Below, one piece after another: positions 39,439-49,087 of a stretch of 64,000 nt of DNA (within the stretch, counting starts at the first letter, position 1; every line of letters begins with the position of its first letter). This DNA is from an uncultured Candidatus Micrarchaeota archaeon (GTDB lineage Archaea; Micrarchaeota; Micrarchaeia; Burarchaeales; Fermentimicrarchaeaceae), in contig CAVXDX010000008.1 in assembly GCA_963760615.1 (NCBI GenBank), positions 148,722 through 212,721 on the forward strand. The letters run 5' to 3'. The notes beneath the pieces were generated by a model, which was not told where the DNA came from, made no database searches, and saw nothing but the letters and a program-made list of their open reading frames with translations. Made by a program: the position numbers and the translations under genes.

Positions 39439-41286
39439 TCACGCCTTATCCTTCAACATGATTCTTGGGAACACGCCAATTGCCTTTATCTCATCCAGCA
39501 GAAGCTTGAATGCGTAGCTTATCTCAATCGGATACAGTTCATCAGCCTCAGCACAGAGTGGGCAGTAGCTTTTGTTCCTTATGTAATCTGTCACCGCAAC
39601 AGAGCCGCACTTCGCGCAGATGAGCTCTGTGGTCTTGTCAGACTCCTCCAGCATCCTCTCCTTCAGAAGCATGCTCGCTCCATGCCCAATGAGGCAGTCC
39701 CTTTCCATCTCCCCGAATCTCAAGCCTCCCTCCCTTGCCCTTCCCTCGGTTGGCTGGTGTGTCAGGAGCTGCACAGGCCCCCTGCTTCTCACGTGCATCT
39801 TGTTTGAAACCAAGTGATGTAGCTTCTGGTAGTATACGACTCCAACGAATATTTCAGCTTCTATGGCCTCCCCGCTTATTCCATCATAGAGGCGCTCCTT
39901 CCCGTCCTTCTTGAATCCATAACTCTCGAGAATTTTTGAGAATCCTTCCTCCGTGTCTCCGTTGAATGCAGTCCCATCCATTATCTTCCCGCTGAGAGCC
40001 GATGCCTTCCCTCCCAGCATCTCCAAAATATGACCTGCAGTCATTCTTGAGGGAATGGCATGGGGGTTTATTATCAGATCAGGAACGACGCCCTGTTCTG
40101 TGAAAGGCATGTCCTCCTGGTTTGCGAGAAGGCCAATCACCCCTTTCTGGCCATGCCTTGAGGCGAACTTGTCACCTGCTTCAGGTATTTTTACGCTCCT
40201 CACCTTGACTTTGACAAGCTTGTTGCCTGAAGGACTCTCTGTGAGCAGAACAGAATCGACAGACCCCTCCTCGCCTTCCTTTACAACAGCGGAGTTCTCC
40301 CTTTTCTTTTCCTCAGCGATGCCGAACCCGCTGACCTCCTCAAGGAATCTTGGCGGGGATGTTTTTCCAACGAGCACATCCTTTGCCTTCACCTCAGCCT
40401 CCGGGAAGATTATCCCATCCTCCCCAAGCTTGGAGTACATCGCTTCCTCCCTGTAGCCTGCCACAGTGGGCTGGGGAATCTCAAACTTGTCCTTCTGCCC
40501 TCCTGGGTACCTCCTCTCCTCAGTTTCGTATGTTTTGTAGAAGACAGACCTACCCAGCGCCCTGTCAACTGAATTCCTGTTTATCACAACTCCGTCTCCC
40601 ATATTGTAGCCGTAGTAGGTTGCAACTGCAACAACAAAGTTCTGCCCGCACGGCCTCTTTGAAAGTTTCAAATTCCTGTAAGGCCTTGTCTGAACAAGGG
40701 GCGCCTGAGGGTAGTACATGAAATGCGCCCTGGAATCCATCCTTATGTTGAAGCTGCTCGCATACAGGCCAAGCGACTGCTTGCTCATGGCACAAGCCAT
40801 TGTGATCCTTGGGGATGAGTTGTACTCCGGGAATGGGAGCTGCGCAACTGTCACCCCAACTATGGAGACGGGGTCTATCTCAAGATGAGTATGCTCCTCG
40901 GTGAGCTCCTCCTCCCTTGTTGCCACGTATGCATTCTCCTCCTCCTCAGCATCAAGGTACTCTATTATGCCGTTGCTCACCAGGTAGTCCCACGAAAACT
41001 CCCTCTTCTTCAGCTTCTCAACTATGTCTGGGGTGAGCTTGCTCTTTCCATTCTCAACAACTATGTAAGGTCTCCTCGCCCTGCCGCTGTCTGTGTTTAT
41101 ATACAGGGCTCTGTCCCTGGGGAAATGGGCGAAGTTGACCTGCCTGCTTACTGCTCCTGTCCTTCTTTTTTCTCTCAGGGATGTCACAAGCGCATTCCCT
41201 TTCTCATGAAAGCCGATAAGCCTGCCGTTCAGATACACTGCAGTCTTGTACTTTGGTTTTTCCATACAATCACTCAAGTTTGACAT
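39439..41286 (-). CDS. rpoB1: RNA polymerase subunit Rpo2C (B')
   Basis: GDKFASRHGQKG, HVRSRGP, GGLRFGEMERD. Confidence 0.96.
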   Translation of the reverse strand: MSNLSDCMEKPKYKTAVYLNGRLIGFHEKGNALVTSLREKRRTGAVSRQVNFAHFPRDRALYINTDSGRARRPYIVVENGKSKLTPDIVEKLKKREFSWDYLVSNGIIEYLDAEEEENAYVATREEELTEEHTHLEIDPVSIVGVTVAQLPFPEYNSSPRITMACAMSKQSLGLYASSFNIRMDSRAHFMYYPQAPLVQTRPYRNLKLSKRPCGQNFVVAVATYYGYNMGDGVVINRNSVDRALGRSVFYKTYETEERRYPGGQKDKFEIPQPTVAGYREEAMYSKLGEDGIIFPEAEVKAKDVLVGKTSPPRFLEEVSGFGIAEEKKRENSAVVKEGEEGSVDSVLLTESPSGNKLVKVKVRSVKIPEAGDKFASRHGQKGVIGLLANQEDMPFTEQGVVPDLIINPHAIPSRMTAGHILEMLGGKASALSGKIMDGTAFNGDTEEGFSKILESYGFKKDGKERLYDGISGEAIEAEIFVGVVYYQKLHHLVSNKMHVRSRGPVQLLTHQPTEGRAREGGLRFGEMERDCLIGHGASMLLKERMLEESDKTTELICAKCGSVAVTDYIRNKSYCPLCAEADELYPIEISYAFKLLLDEIKAIGVFPRIMLKDKA

Positions 41287-42733
41287 TCATTTTCTTCAGC
41301 ATGTTCTCGATGTTGCCCTCAGTGTCTCCTGTTGATATGTCGCAGAGCAACGCCATGTTTTTCACAAGCGCGCATGAAGGTCCCTCTGGGGATTCATTCG
41401 GGCAGAGCTTGCCCCAGTGCGTCCCGTGCAGGTCCCTTGCCTTGAAGTGAGGGTGTCTCCTGCTCAGGGGGGAGATTATCCTCCTGAGGTGCGATATGGT
41501 TGAGAGGTAGTTCGTCCTGTCGAGCAGCTGGGAGACGCCTGTCTGCCCCGCTATCCAGTTGCCTGTTGCCATTGAGTATCTGATTCTCTCTGTGAGCGCA
41601 TCTGGCCTCACAAGAGTCTGTATTACGAGCTTCCTACCTCTTGCAGATGCCCTCTCAACCTGATAAGCGATATCCTTTATGAGGAATTGGAAAGCATACC
41701 TGAAGAGCTCCTCCATGAGGTTGCCTGCAAGCTTTATTCTCTTGTTTGCATAATGGTCCTTGTCATCCGAGGTGGAGTTGCCAGATGCAACATCAATTGC
41801 CTTCTCTGTCATCTTGCACAGGTAGTAAGCCTTCGCCAGCCTTATGCTTGAGTCCACACCGATGTGCGGCAGCAGGTAGTTGTCAACAAGTATCTCAGCT
41901 CTCTTAAGTTGGTAGACCTTAGCCTGCCCCACTGCTGCCTTTTTGCCAATCGCCTCCATGGCATTGGCGGTTCCCGTTGTCTGGTCAATCTCCATGTTAA
42001 GGAGTATGTCGTTCTGCACCTCAAGATCGTCGCTGAATGAGTTGAGTATATCCTGGTTGGGGTGCAACCCCAGGGCTCTCAGGATAGTTATGAGGTTCAA
42101 ATCCTTTGGCGCAGCAGGGAAAACCACCGAAAGCTCCCCATTGGAGCTCCTCTCAACAACGCACCTGGCCCTGAAGCCGAACCTTGTTGAGAACACTTTT
42201 GAGGTCACAAGTGCGCCGTCCTTCTCCTTGGATACCATTATCCTGTTCGGAGCCAAATCTTCTATGCTCACGAGAACTCTCTCGCTGCCATTTATAACGA
42301 AATACCCGCCCGGGTCGTTAGGATCCTCCCCTGCCTCGATCAGCTCATCTTCAGTAAGGTTGTCCAGGTGGCACAGCTTGGATTTCAGCATCACGGGCAG
42401 CTCTCCTATGAACACTTCCTGGGGGTACCTTCTCTCTATGCCCCCAACTATCTGTATGAACTCCAGGAAGACAGGCGCTGCGTAGCTGAGGTTTCTCATC
42501 CTTGCCTCTGCAGGAAGGATCTGCCTCCTCGAGCCGTCTGCCTCCACTATGGTTGGCTTGTCCAGCCTCACACGGCCGAACTTGAGCTTGTAATTCTCAA
42601 CATTCGGGTCTATGGAGCCTATGTTGTCTATTATGTTTTGTATGCCATAGTCCACAAACTTATTGTAGGAGTCAAGGTGCTGCACGACGAGCTTGTTTTC
42701 CCTGAAGTACTCATCTACCAAGTCCCATTTCAT
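41270..42733 (-). CDS. rpoB2: RNA polymerase subunit Rpo2N (B'')
   Basis: DPGGYFVINGSERV, RDLHGTHWGKLCPNESPEG. Confidence 0.96.
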   Translation of the reverse strand: MKWDLVDEYFRENKLVVQHLDSYNKFVDYGIQNIIDNIGSIDPNVENYKLKFGRVRLDKPTIVEADGSRRQILPAEARMRNLSYAAPVFLEFIQIVGGIERRYPQEVFIGELPVMLKSKLCHLDNLTEDELIEAGEDPNDPGGYFVINGSERVLVSIEDLAPNRIMVSKEKDGALVTSKVFSTRFGFRARCVVERSSNGELSVVFPAAPKDLNLITILRALGLHPNQDILNSFSDDLEVQNDILLNMEIDQTTGTANAMEAIGKKAAVGQAKVYQLKRAEILVDNYLLPHIGVDSSIRLAKAYYLCKMTEKAIDVASGNSTSDDKDHYANKRIKLAGNLMEELFRYAFQFLIKDIAYQVERASARGRKLVIQTLVRPDALTERIRYSMATGNWIAGQTGVSQLLDRTNYLSTISHLRRIISPLSRRHPHFKARDLHGTHWGKLCPNESPEGPSCALVKNMALLCDISTGDTEGNIENMLKKMNVKLE

Positions 42734-42750
42734 ATTATCACTTCAAAAAT

Positions 42751-42987
42751 TTACTTCACAACTAGGCGGTAGTACAGATTCTCTTTCGTGGGGTCTTTCC
42801 GGGTTATCTTTATTATGTCGCCTTCCTTTGCACCAAGAAGCCTGACCTGAGGGTCTTGCAGTTTTATTTTTGGAAGCTTCTGCACATCCACTCCCAGAGA
42901 AGAAATAATTTCCTCGTGCTTGGATTTTGCCAGGATTTCATGCTTAGGAACAAGAAAATGGGATGTGTGAAAATCGGCAGAAGTCAA
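42751..42987 (-). CDS. rpoH: RNA polymerase subunit Rpo5 (H)
   Basis: HFLVPKHEIL, LPKIKLQDP, YYRLVV. Confidence 0.95.
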   Translation of the reverse strand: MTSADFHTSHFLVPKHEILAKSKHEEIISSLGVDVQKLPKIKLQDPQVRLLGAKEGDIIKITRKDPTKENLYYRLVVK

Positions 42988-43229
42988 TCTACCACCTAAG
43001 CTGGAGTTAACCTACTATTTAGGTCGCCAAGCTTTTTAAAGCTATCGTTAGAAAAGCTACGCTAATAGCACTCTATGGAACTTGAACGCTTTTTCTAAAC
43101 AAACTTCACCTTCTTTGCGTTTGTAGAATTAGTTACAACTTATATTTAAAGATAACTCCGTCATCTAGCGAGCAATGCTTCCGCGGGTGGGTAAACAGCT
43201 ATTTAAATCACTGAAAGTATAATTTTATC

Positions 43230-44033
43230 ATGCCTGTTGAGAAATTCGAGAAGCCACCAGTGTCAGAAGAGAAAACAATTGGAAACGAGGAGTTCGCGAA
43301 GTGGCTTGGCAGGAGTTACCAAATTCAGATGAGCATTGCAATCCGCAAGACGCTGGACTTGAGTCAGAAAGAAAGGAAGCTGATGATGAAGGTGAAAGAG
43401 GAGATACCTGAGATAACTCGTGAAGAGCTAGACTCTTTGAAGAATGTTAAGCTGGATAGGATTCTGGAAAACATAAAAACCTTGAAGGATAATAAGCTGA
43501 ATCCGCACGATTACGTACAAATTCTAGGGGCCTATCCGCCAAATGTGAAAGGTAATGTTGAGAATTTGGTAAGACGCGAGTTGAAAGTAAGAAGTTTCAT
43601 CTCAATTCTATCATGCAACCCGAAATTTGTTGAGGAGGACATGAAAGAACTTGATGGGCGCAATATAGATGTTGCTCATTTCGAGGCGAAGAGTAAAATT
43701 GGGATAAACCCGAAAAGATTTGTAGAATTCTTGGACACCCCTATAAGGGAGAGGGTGCAATATCGCTCATTGAACAACAAGAGGGATTTTAAGGAGTCTA
43801 TAAATAATCTTGGAGCGACGGATGAGCAGCAGGCATTGGCTAAGATACTTGGAGAAATGGAGAGAAGGGAGAGGGAGGGAAAGGGAGAGATGAGCAATGA
43901 TGAAATGTGGGAAATCTTCAGAACGTATTCCACTTCATCCCGCATTAGGATGAATCGTATACTGCTAACATTTGTTGAAGATGGTGGTTTGAAAGAAAGT
44001 GGGGAGAGGAGTGTAGAGAAGAGAAGGTATTAG
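43230..44033 (+). CDS. Hypothetical protein (charged, helical)
   Basis: 267-aa ORF with ATG after a TATA-like TATTTAAA; no firm motif. Confidence 0.6.
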   Translation: MPVEKFEKPPVSEEKTIGNEEFAKWLGRSYQIQMSIAIRKTLDLSQKERKLMMKVKEEIPEITREELDSLKNVKLDRILENIKTLKDNKLNPHDYVQILGAYPPNVKGNVENLVRRELKVRSFISILSCNPKFVEEDMKELDGRNIDVAHFEAKSKIGINPKRFVEFLDTPIRERVQYRSLNNKRDFKESINNLGATDEQQALAKILGEMERREREGKGEMSNDEMWEIFRTYSTSSRIRMNRILLTFVEDGGLKESGERSVEKRRY

Positions 44034-44041
44034 CTCTCATC

Positions 44042-44788
44042 TCAAATATACAGAATGCGCTTTGAGGTTTTGACTCTCCACATTGCCGGATATTCCTTCG
44101 CCTTCTCTACTGCCTCCTCATTTGAGAGCTTTAATGTCTTTATCCAATCCGCAGTCAGACCGCATCCCAGGAGCGAGGCGCGCTGCTCTCCAGAGAATCC
44201 AAGTTGAGAAAGCTTTCCGCCTTCAGTGTTATACCAATTGTTAAGATTACTCTGCTTTATTGTAGTACCCGAGTACCTCAACGCTGTGTAAAACTGCCTT
44301 TTGAGCAGAGAATCCCTCTTGAAGATAGAGGAGAGATAGGCTGCCTCCCCAATGAAAAAATTGAGCTCTTTTTCATCCTTCGGTATGAATGGCTCCTTTG
44401 CTATCCCTGCCTCTGACTTTAGTTCTGATAAGAAGTTTCTTGCGACACTATCAGATAAGCCGTTCTGCTTTATCAGCTCTGAGAACTGCGATAATGGAAT
44501 CTCGCCGTATTTATCGAACTCCTCTCTAATACTTTTTAGCAGATTTGGCACCCAGGGCCGTGTGATGACATCTTTATTTTTATCTTGAAAATCCTGGAAA
44601 GCCCTCTCGTCTTTAATCTTTATGCCGGCAGGGCCTCCGGGCAATTTGGCGTAACCACGTATTACTTCCATTCTTTTTTCCGAGAGGACTTCTGCATATG
44701 AAATTTTAATTTTCTCTACTGCATCATGCACGCTCTCTTCATTTTTCTGCTTCAGGGTACTCACATTTCCACCAAGTGAATTATGCAT
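44042..44788 (-). CDS. Hypothetical protein (start may be GTG at 44764)
   Basis: 248-aa ORF immediately downstream of tRNA-Ser(GCT); HTH-like stretch IPLSQFSELIKQNGLSDSVARNFLSEL. Confidence 0.55.
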   Translation of the reverse strand: MHNSLGGNVSTLKQKNEESVHDAVEKIKISYAEVLSEKRMEVIRGYAKLPGGPAGIKIKDERAFQDFQDKNKDVITRPWVPNLLKSIREEFDKYGEIPLSQFSELIKQNGLSDSVARNFLSELKSEAGIAKEPFIPKDEKELNFFIGEAAYLSSIFKRDSLLKRQFYTALRYSGTTIKQSNLNNWYNTEGGKLSQLGFSGEQRASLLGCGLTADWIKTLKLSNEEAVEKAKEYPAMWRVKTSKRILYI

Positions 44789-44817
44789 TCTGTCATTTAA
44801 AAAGAATTGTAAAAAAG

Positions 44818-44936
44818 CGCCAGGGGCGGGATTCGAACCCGCGAAGGCCTTTTGGACCTAACAGCTTAGCAGGCTGCCGCCCTTTAGAGCCTCGCTTCTC
44901 TTGTGAGAAACTCAGGAACCACTAGGCGACCCCGGC
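44818..44936 (-). tRNA. tRNA-Ser(GCT) with 34-nt intron at position 20/21 (44884-44917)
   Basis: Anticodon arm GCAGC-CTGCTAA-GCTGT; long variable arm; removing the BHB-bounded intron restores D-loop AGTGGTA. Confidence 0.9.
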
Positions 44937-44968
44937 TCCATTTATTTTGTGTATATATTATATATTAA

Positions 44969-45273
44969 CGCAGTGGGCCTCACTGAAATCGATGGAAGCC
45001 CTCTCGCCCGGTTGTTCAAGCATGGGCTAGACTTTGTTACTTGCTAGCATGGACGACTGCACTCACTGAGCATAGGCTCTGGTGATTTGTGTTCAGGGTT
45101 GCTCCTTCCGGCCTGGCCCGGTTCGCACGACCTTCCATCCAGCAAGGCAAAGCTTCAACGCTTGCGCCTGAGCCGAAGTGAGATGACTCGAACCTCTCCC
45201 AGCTTTTCGGTCTCACCGTGAAGGGGGTTTGTGATTACAGGAGACCCCTAACCTCCCGACCTATCCCACTGCG
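44969..45273 (-). ncRNA. ffs: SRP (7S) RNA
   Basis: Terminal helix CGCAGTGGG/CCCACTGCG; Alu-like 5' GGGATAGGTCGGGAGGTTAGGGGTCTCCTGTAA; helix 8 GGGCCAGGCCGGAAGGAGCAACCC; about 305 nt. Confidence 0.9.
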
Positions 45274-45438
45274 ATTAGTTATACTATTCAAAAGTTTAAA
45301 TAGCTATTGCACATGCATTTTATCTATAAGATGGGGAGGAATAAGAGAAAGGCTTTTAAATATCATCTTCATAATTATTCCACTCTTTTCTACGACTGAA
45401 GTTTGGGGTTTCCCGGCCCCCTCTCCAGAGGTCTTATT

Positions 45439-46425
45439 ATGGGAAAGATACGAAAGCCAAGAAGCGGGTCTCGCGCGTTTAGACCGAGAAAAAGGGCGGG
45501 CAGTCAGAACGCCCGCATAGTTAGCTGGCCGACGTCAGAAGAGACAAAGCTTCTGGGTTTTGCAGGCTTTAAGGCTGGCATGACGCACCTGACAATGATT
45601 GATGATTATGAGGGGTCTCCAACCAAGGGTCATGAGATTTCTGTTCCTGTAACTGTGGTTGAAACTCCCTCTCTTCTTGTTCTGGGTTTGAGGGCTTATT
45701 CTTCTGATGTCTGTGGTCTGATGGCTTTTTCTGATGCTTATGCAAACATTGACAAAAAAATTGCCGAGAGGATAAACCTGAAGAAAAATAGGTTTGAGGA
45801 TGCAATGAAGAAAATTGAAAGCAACGCTGATTCTATTAAGGATGTAAGAATTCTTACGATAACTGCTCCTGACAAGACTGGCTTTGGGAGGAAGAAGCCG
45901 GATGTCATAGAGATTGCTGTTGGGGGTAAGAATGCAAAGGAGAAGCTTGAGTTCTGCAAGGGCATGCTTGGGAAGGAAGTGAAGCCCTCTGATGTTTTCA
46001 CTGATGGCGAGTATGTGGATGCGATAAGCATAACAAAAGGAAAGGGATGGCAAGGTGCAGTAAAGAGGTTCGGAGTCCACAAGCAGAGGAGGAAAGCCAC
46101 CGGAAGGGTGAGGCACGTGGGAACTCTGGGTCCATGGCACCCCGCAAGGGTGATGTACACAACTCCAATGGCAGGTCAGATGGGTTACCACAAGAGGACT
46201 GAGATAAACAAAAGAATACTGAAAATTGCCGGGAAGGATGAGGTGAACTGCAAGGGTGGCTTCCTGCATTACGGAGTTGTCAGAAACGACTGTATACTCA
46301 TAAAAGGTTCAGTAGGGGGGCCGCGCAAGAGAATGATAAAGCTAAGAAAGAGCATTAGGGAGAAGGGAAAGCCGGTAAAACCTGAGATAAAGTACATATC
46401 AACGGAGTCGAAACAAGGTGCTTAG
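45439..46425 (+). CDS. rpl3: 50S ribosomal protein uL3
   Basis: PRKRA, GFKAGMTH, TKGKGWQGAVKRFG. Confidence 0.96.
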   Translation: MGKIRKPRSGSRAFRPRKRAGSQNARIVSWPTSEETKLLGFAGFKAGMTHLTMIDDYEGSPTKGHEISVPVTVVETPSLLVLGLRAYSSDVCGLMAFSDAYANIDKKIAERINLKKNRFEDAMKKIESNADSIKDVRILTITAPDKTGFGRKKPDVIEIAVGGKNAKEKLEFCKGMLGKEVKPSDVFTDGEYVDAISITKGKGWQGAVKRFGVHKQRRKATGRVRHVGTLGPWHPARVMYTTPMAGQMGYHKRTEINKRILKIAGKDEVNCKGGFLHYGVVRNDCILIKGSVGGPRKRMIKLRKSIREKGKPVKPEIKYISTESKQGA

Positions 46426-46426
46426 A

Positions 46427-47218
46427 ATGAAAGTTCACGTTTACTCAATTGACGGGAATCCTGTGGAGGAGCTGGAGCTTCCTCACCAATTCAGCGAGGA
46501 GATTAGGGAGGAGGTCATAAGCAGGGCAGTCATCGCTGAGCAGAGCATGAAATACCAGCCGAAAGGAGCATTCAAGCTTGCGGGTTTGCAGACGAGCGCA
46601 GAGTACATGGGAAGGAAGGAGGCATACAGAAGCATAAAGAACATGGGTATCTCAAGGCTGCCGAGGGAGAAGCTCCCGAAAGGAAGGTTCGGCAGGGTCC
46701 GGATAGTGCCATTCTCAGCAAAGGGAAGGAGGGCTCACCCGCCAAGGCCTGAGAAGATTCTTGTTGAGAAGATAAACAGGAAGGAGCATGACAAGGCTTT
46801 GAGGAGTGCCATAGCAGCAACTGCAAGGAAAGATATGATTGAGGCAAGAGGCCATGTCACAAGTGGGGTGAAGGAGATTCCGCTTGTTGTTGAAAGTAAA
46901 TTTGAGGAGTTTGATAAAACGAAGAACGTGCTCAACTGCCTCAGGGCTCTCGGGCTTGAGGGGGATTTGGAGAGGGGGCGCAGGACGAGGAGGGTAAGCG
47001 GCGTGAGGAAGAGGAGGAGGGGGGGAAGCGTGAGGCCGAAGTCAATTCTCATAGTTGTTGGCAAGGATAGCAAAGTTGAAATAGCTTCAAGAAATCTCGC
47101 CGGAGTCAATGTGAGAAGCGTGGATGAGCTTGATGTGAGTTCTCTAGCGCCAGGGACGCACGCAGGAAGACTGACTCTGTGGAGCAAGAGGGCGGTTGAG
47201 GAGCTTGCGAAGATGTGA
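46427..47218 (+). CDS. rpl4: 50S ribosomal protein uL4
   Basis: QTSAEYMG, GRRAHPP, LAPGTHAGRLTLWS. Confidence 0.95.
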   Translation: MKVHVYSIDGNPVEELELPHQFSEEIREEVISRAVIAEQSMKYQPKGAFKLAGLQTSAEYMGRKEAYRSIKNMGISRLPREKLPKGRFGRVRIVPFSAKGRRAHPPRPEKILVEKINRKEHDKALRSAIAATARKDMIEARGHVTSGVKEIPLVVESKFEEFDKTKNVLNCLRALGLEGDLERGRRTRRVSGVRKRRRGGSVRPKSILIVVGKDSKVEIASRNLAGVNVRSVDELDVSSLAPGTHAGRLTLWSKRAVEELAKM

Positions 47219-47472
47219 TGATTATGGTTGTGATGTACCCAATAACTACGGAGAAGGCAATTGCGCTGATAGAGAAAGAGAATAAAATGGTTTTCGTAGT
47301 TGAGAAAGACGCAACGAAGAAGGAGATTGCGGACGATGTTGAGAAGTCGTACAATGTGAAGGTGGAAAAGGTGAATGTCCTTATAACTCCGCAGGGAAGA
47401 AAGAAGGCGTATGTGAAGCTTCAGAAAGGCTACTCTGCAGATGAGCTGGCCGCAAAGTTGAAGATTATTTAG
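47215..47472 (+). CDS. rpl23: 50S ribosomal protein uL23
   Basis: PITTEKA, KKAYVKL. Confidence 0.95.
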   Translation: MMIMVVMYPITTEKAIALIEKENKMVFVVEKDATKKEIADDVEKSYNVKVEKVNVLITPQGRKKAYVKLQKGYSADELAAKLKII

Positions 47473-47481
47473 GTGGGATGA

Positions 47482-48237
47482 ATGGGAAAGAGGCTTATAC
47501 AACAGAAACTTGGCAAGGGCTCTCCAAGCTATAGGAGGCCATCCAGCAGGTGCAAGGCAGACGTGGAGTACAGGAACCTTGATGAGCTTGAGAAGAGCGG
47601 AAAACTGAGCGGAGAAGTGGTTGGGTTTATTGACGACCCTGCCAGAACTGCAATACTCATGGAAGTTAAGTTCGACAATAATGAGATGGGCTTGTTCATA
47701 GCGCCAGAGGGCGCCATGGTTGGAGAGAGGATAGAGGTCGGCGCCAGTGCGGGCGTGAAGCCTGGGAATGTTCTTCCCCTCAGCTCAATTCCCGAGGGGA
47801 TGCCTGTCTACGATATTGAGCTCACCCCCGGCGATGGGGGCAGGCTTGTGAGGAGCAGCGGCACAACCGCATTTGTTGTCTCCCATGAAGGCAACATTGT
47901 GACAGTCAGGCTTCCTTCAAAGAAGCTCAAGATGCTTGACGGCAGGTGCAGAGCGCAGGTTGGAGTCGTATGCGGAGGGGGCAGGCTGGAGAAGCCATTC
48001 CTAAAAGCCGGCAAGAAGTTCTACGCAATGGGGGCGATGAACAGAAGGTGGCCCAATGTGAGAGGAGTTGCGATGAACCCATACAACCATCCGTTTGGAG
48101 GCAAGGAACATCACAAGGGAAGGCCTTCAACAGTTTCAAGAAGCACTCCCCCAGGAAGAAAGGTTGGGCACCTTGCATCCAGAAGGACTGGGAGAAGAAG
48201 AGGGAAAAGCGTAGAGAGGGAGGAGACGGGTGAGTAG
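47482..48237 (+). CDS. rpl2: 50S ribosomal protein uL2
   Basis: MGKRLIQQ, VRGVAMNPYNHPFGG. Confidence 0.96.
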   Translation: MGKRLIQQKLGKGSPSYRRPSSRCKADVEYRNLDELEKSGKLSGEVVGFIDDPARTAILMEVKFDNNEMGLFIAPEGAMVGERIEVGASAGVKPGNVLPLSSIPEGMPVYDIELTPGDGGRLVRSSGTTAFVVSHEGNIVTVRLPSKKLKMLDGRCRAQVGVVCGGGRLEKPFLKAGKKFYAMGAMNRRWPNVRGVAMNPYNHPFGGKEHHKGRPSTVSRSTPPGRKVGHLASRRTGRRRGKSVEREETGE

Positions 48238-48633
48238 ATGGCGAGAAAGGTCCAGTACAGGGGAAAGACTCTTGAGGAGCTGAAGCAGATGACTGCTGAG
48301 GAATTCTCAAAACTCCTCAAGTCAAGGGCAAGGAGGGCCCTGAAGAGAGCTTCCGCGCGCTACAGGAATCTGCTTGAGAAAGTGAAGAAGGCTGGAGGCG
48401 ATGGCAAGGGGGAAAAGGTCGTTAAAACCCACCTGAGGGATGCGGTCATAATGCCGGATTGGGTGGGGCTGAAGTTTGGCGTTCATAACGGAAAGGAGTT
48501 CAAAACAGTTGAGATAAAGTTGGAGATGATAGGGCACAGGCTTGGTGAGTTCTCCCACACAACTGGCAGGGTGGCCCACTCAGGCCCAGGAGTCGGAGCA
48601 ACAAGAGGAAGCAAATTCATACCGTTGAAGTAA
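48238..48633 (+). CDS. rps19: 30S ribosomal protein uS19
   Basis: VKTHLRD, GHRLGEFS. Confidence 0.95.
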   Translation: MARKVQYRGKTLEELKQMTAEEFSKLLKSRARRALKRASARYRNLLEKVKKAGGDGKGEKVVKTHLRDAVIMPDWVGLKFGVHNGKEFKTVEIKLEMIGHRLGEFSHTTGRVAHSGPGVGATRGSKFIPLK

Positions 48634-48636
48634 GGT

Positions 48637-49086
48637 GTGATGATGGAGTACAGCTACAAACCAAGGGAAGGAGTTCATGCGGCTAGGGCACTGAGGCACG
48701 ACATTGATGCATCATTCAAAGACCTGAGCCAGGTTTGCGGCAACATAAGCGGCAAGGAAGCTTCAAAGGCAGTCCAGCTGCTCGAGAGCGCAAAGCTTGG
48801 TGAGGTCCCCATACTGTACAGGAAATTCAACAAGAAGCTCGGCCACAGGAAGGAGCTGGGAGGAAGAAGGGGCAGGTACCCCAAGAAAAGCGCAAGAATA
48901 GTTTTGGAAGTGCTGAGGAACGCCATGGCAAACGCGAAGAACATTGGACTGGGCGAGAAGCTTGTTGTGAGGCATGCTTCGGCAAACAAGCAGAATGTGT
49001 ATCCGAGGATGGCCTCTAAGGGAAAAGCCATGAGGTCAAACTACGAGACCGCAAAGGTGGAGATAGTTCTGGAGGAGTTGAAGTGA
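48637..49086 (+). CDS. rpl22: 50S ribosomal protein uL22
   Basis: GRYPKKSA; operon position. Confidence 0.94.
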   Translation: MMMEYSYKPREGVHAARALRHDIDASFKDLSQVCGNISGKEASKAVQLLESAKLGEVPILYRKFNKKLGHRKELGGRRGRYPKKSARIVLEVLRNAMANAKNIGLGEKLVVRHASANKQNVYPRMASKGKAMRSNYETAKVEIVLEELK

Positions 49087-49087
49087 T

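Noticed and set aside
42990-43229. Small RNA in the rpoH-43230 intergenic region
   Set aside because: Several TATA-like sites are explained by divergent promoters; no C/D boxes or stable fold recognised.
45405-45420. GGGGT-TTCCCG-GCCCC hairpin in the rpl3 leader as an autoregulatory element
   Set aside because: A single short hairpin with no comparative support; cannot be distinguished from chance.
45218-45520. 100-aa ORF upstream of uL3
   Set aside because: Overlaps the SRP RNA antisense and promoter region; no protein-like features.
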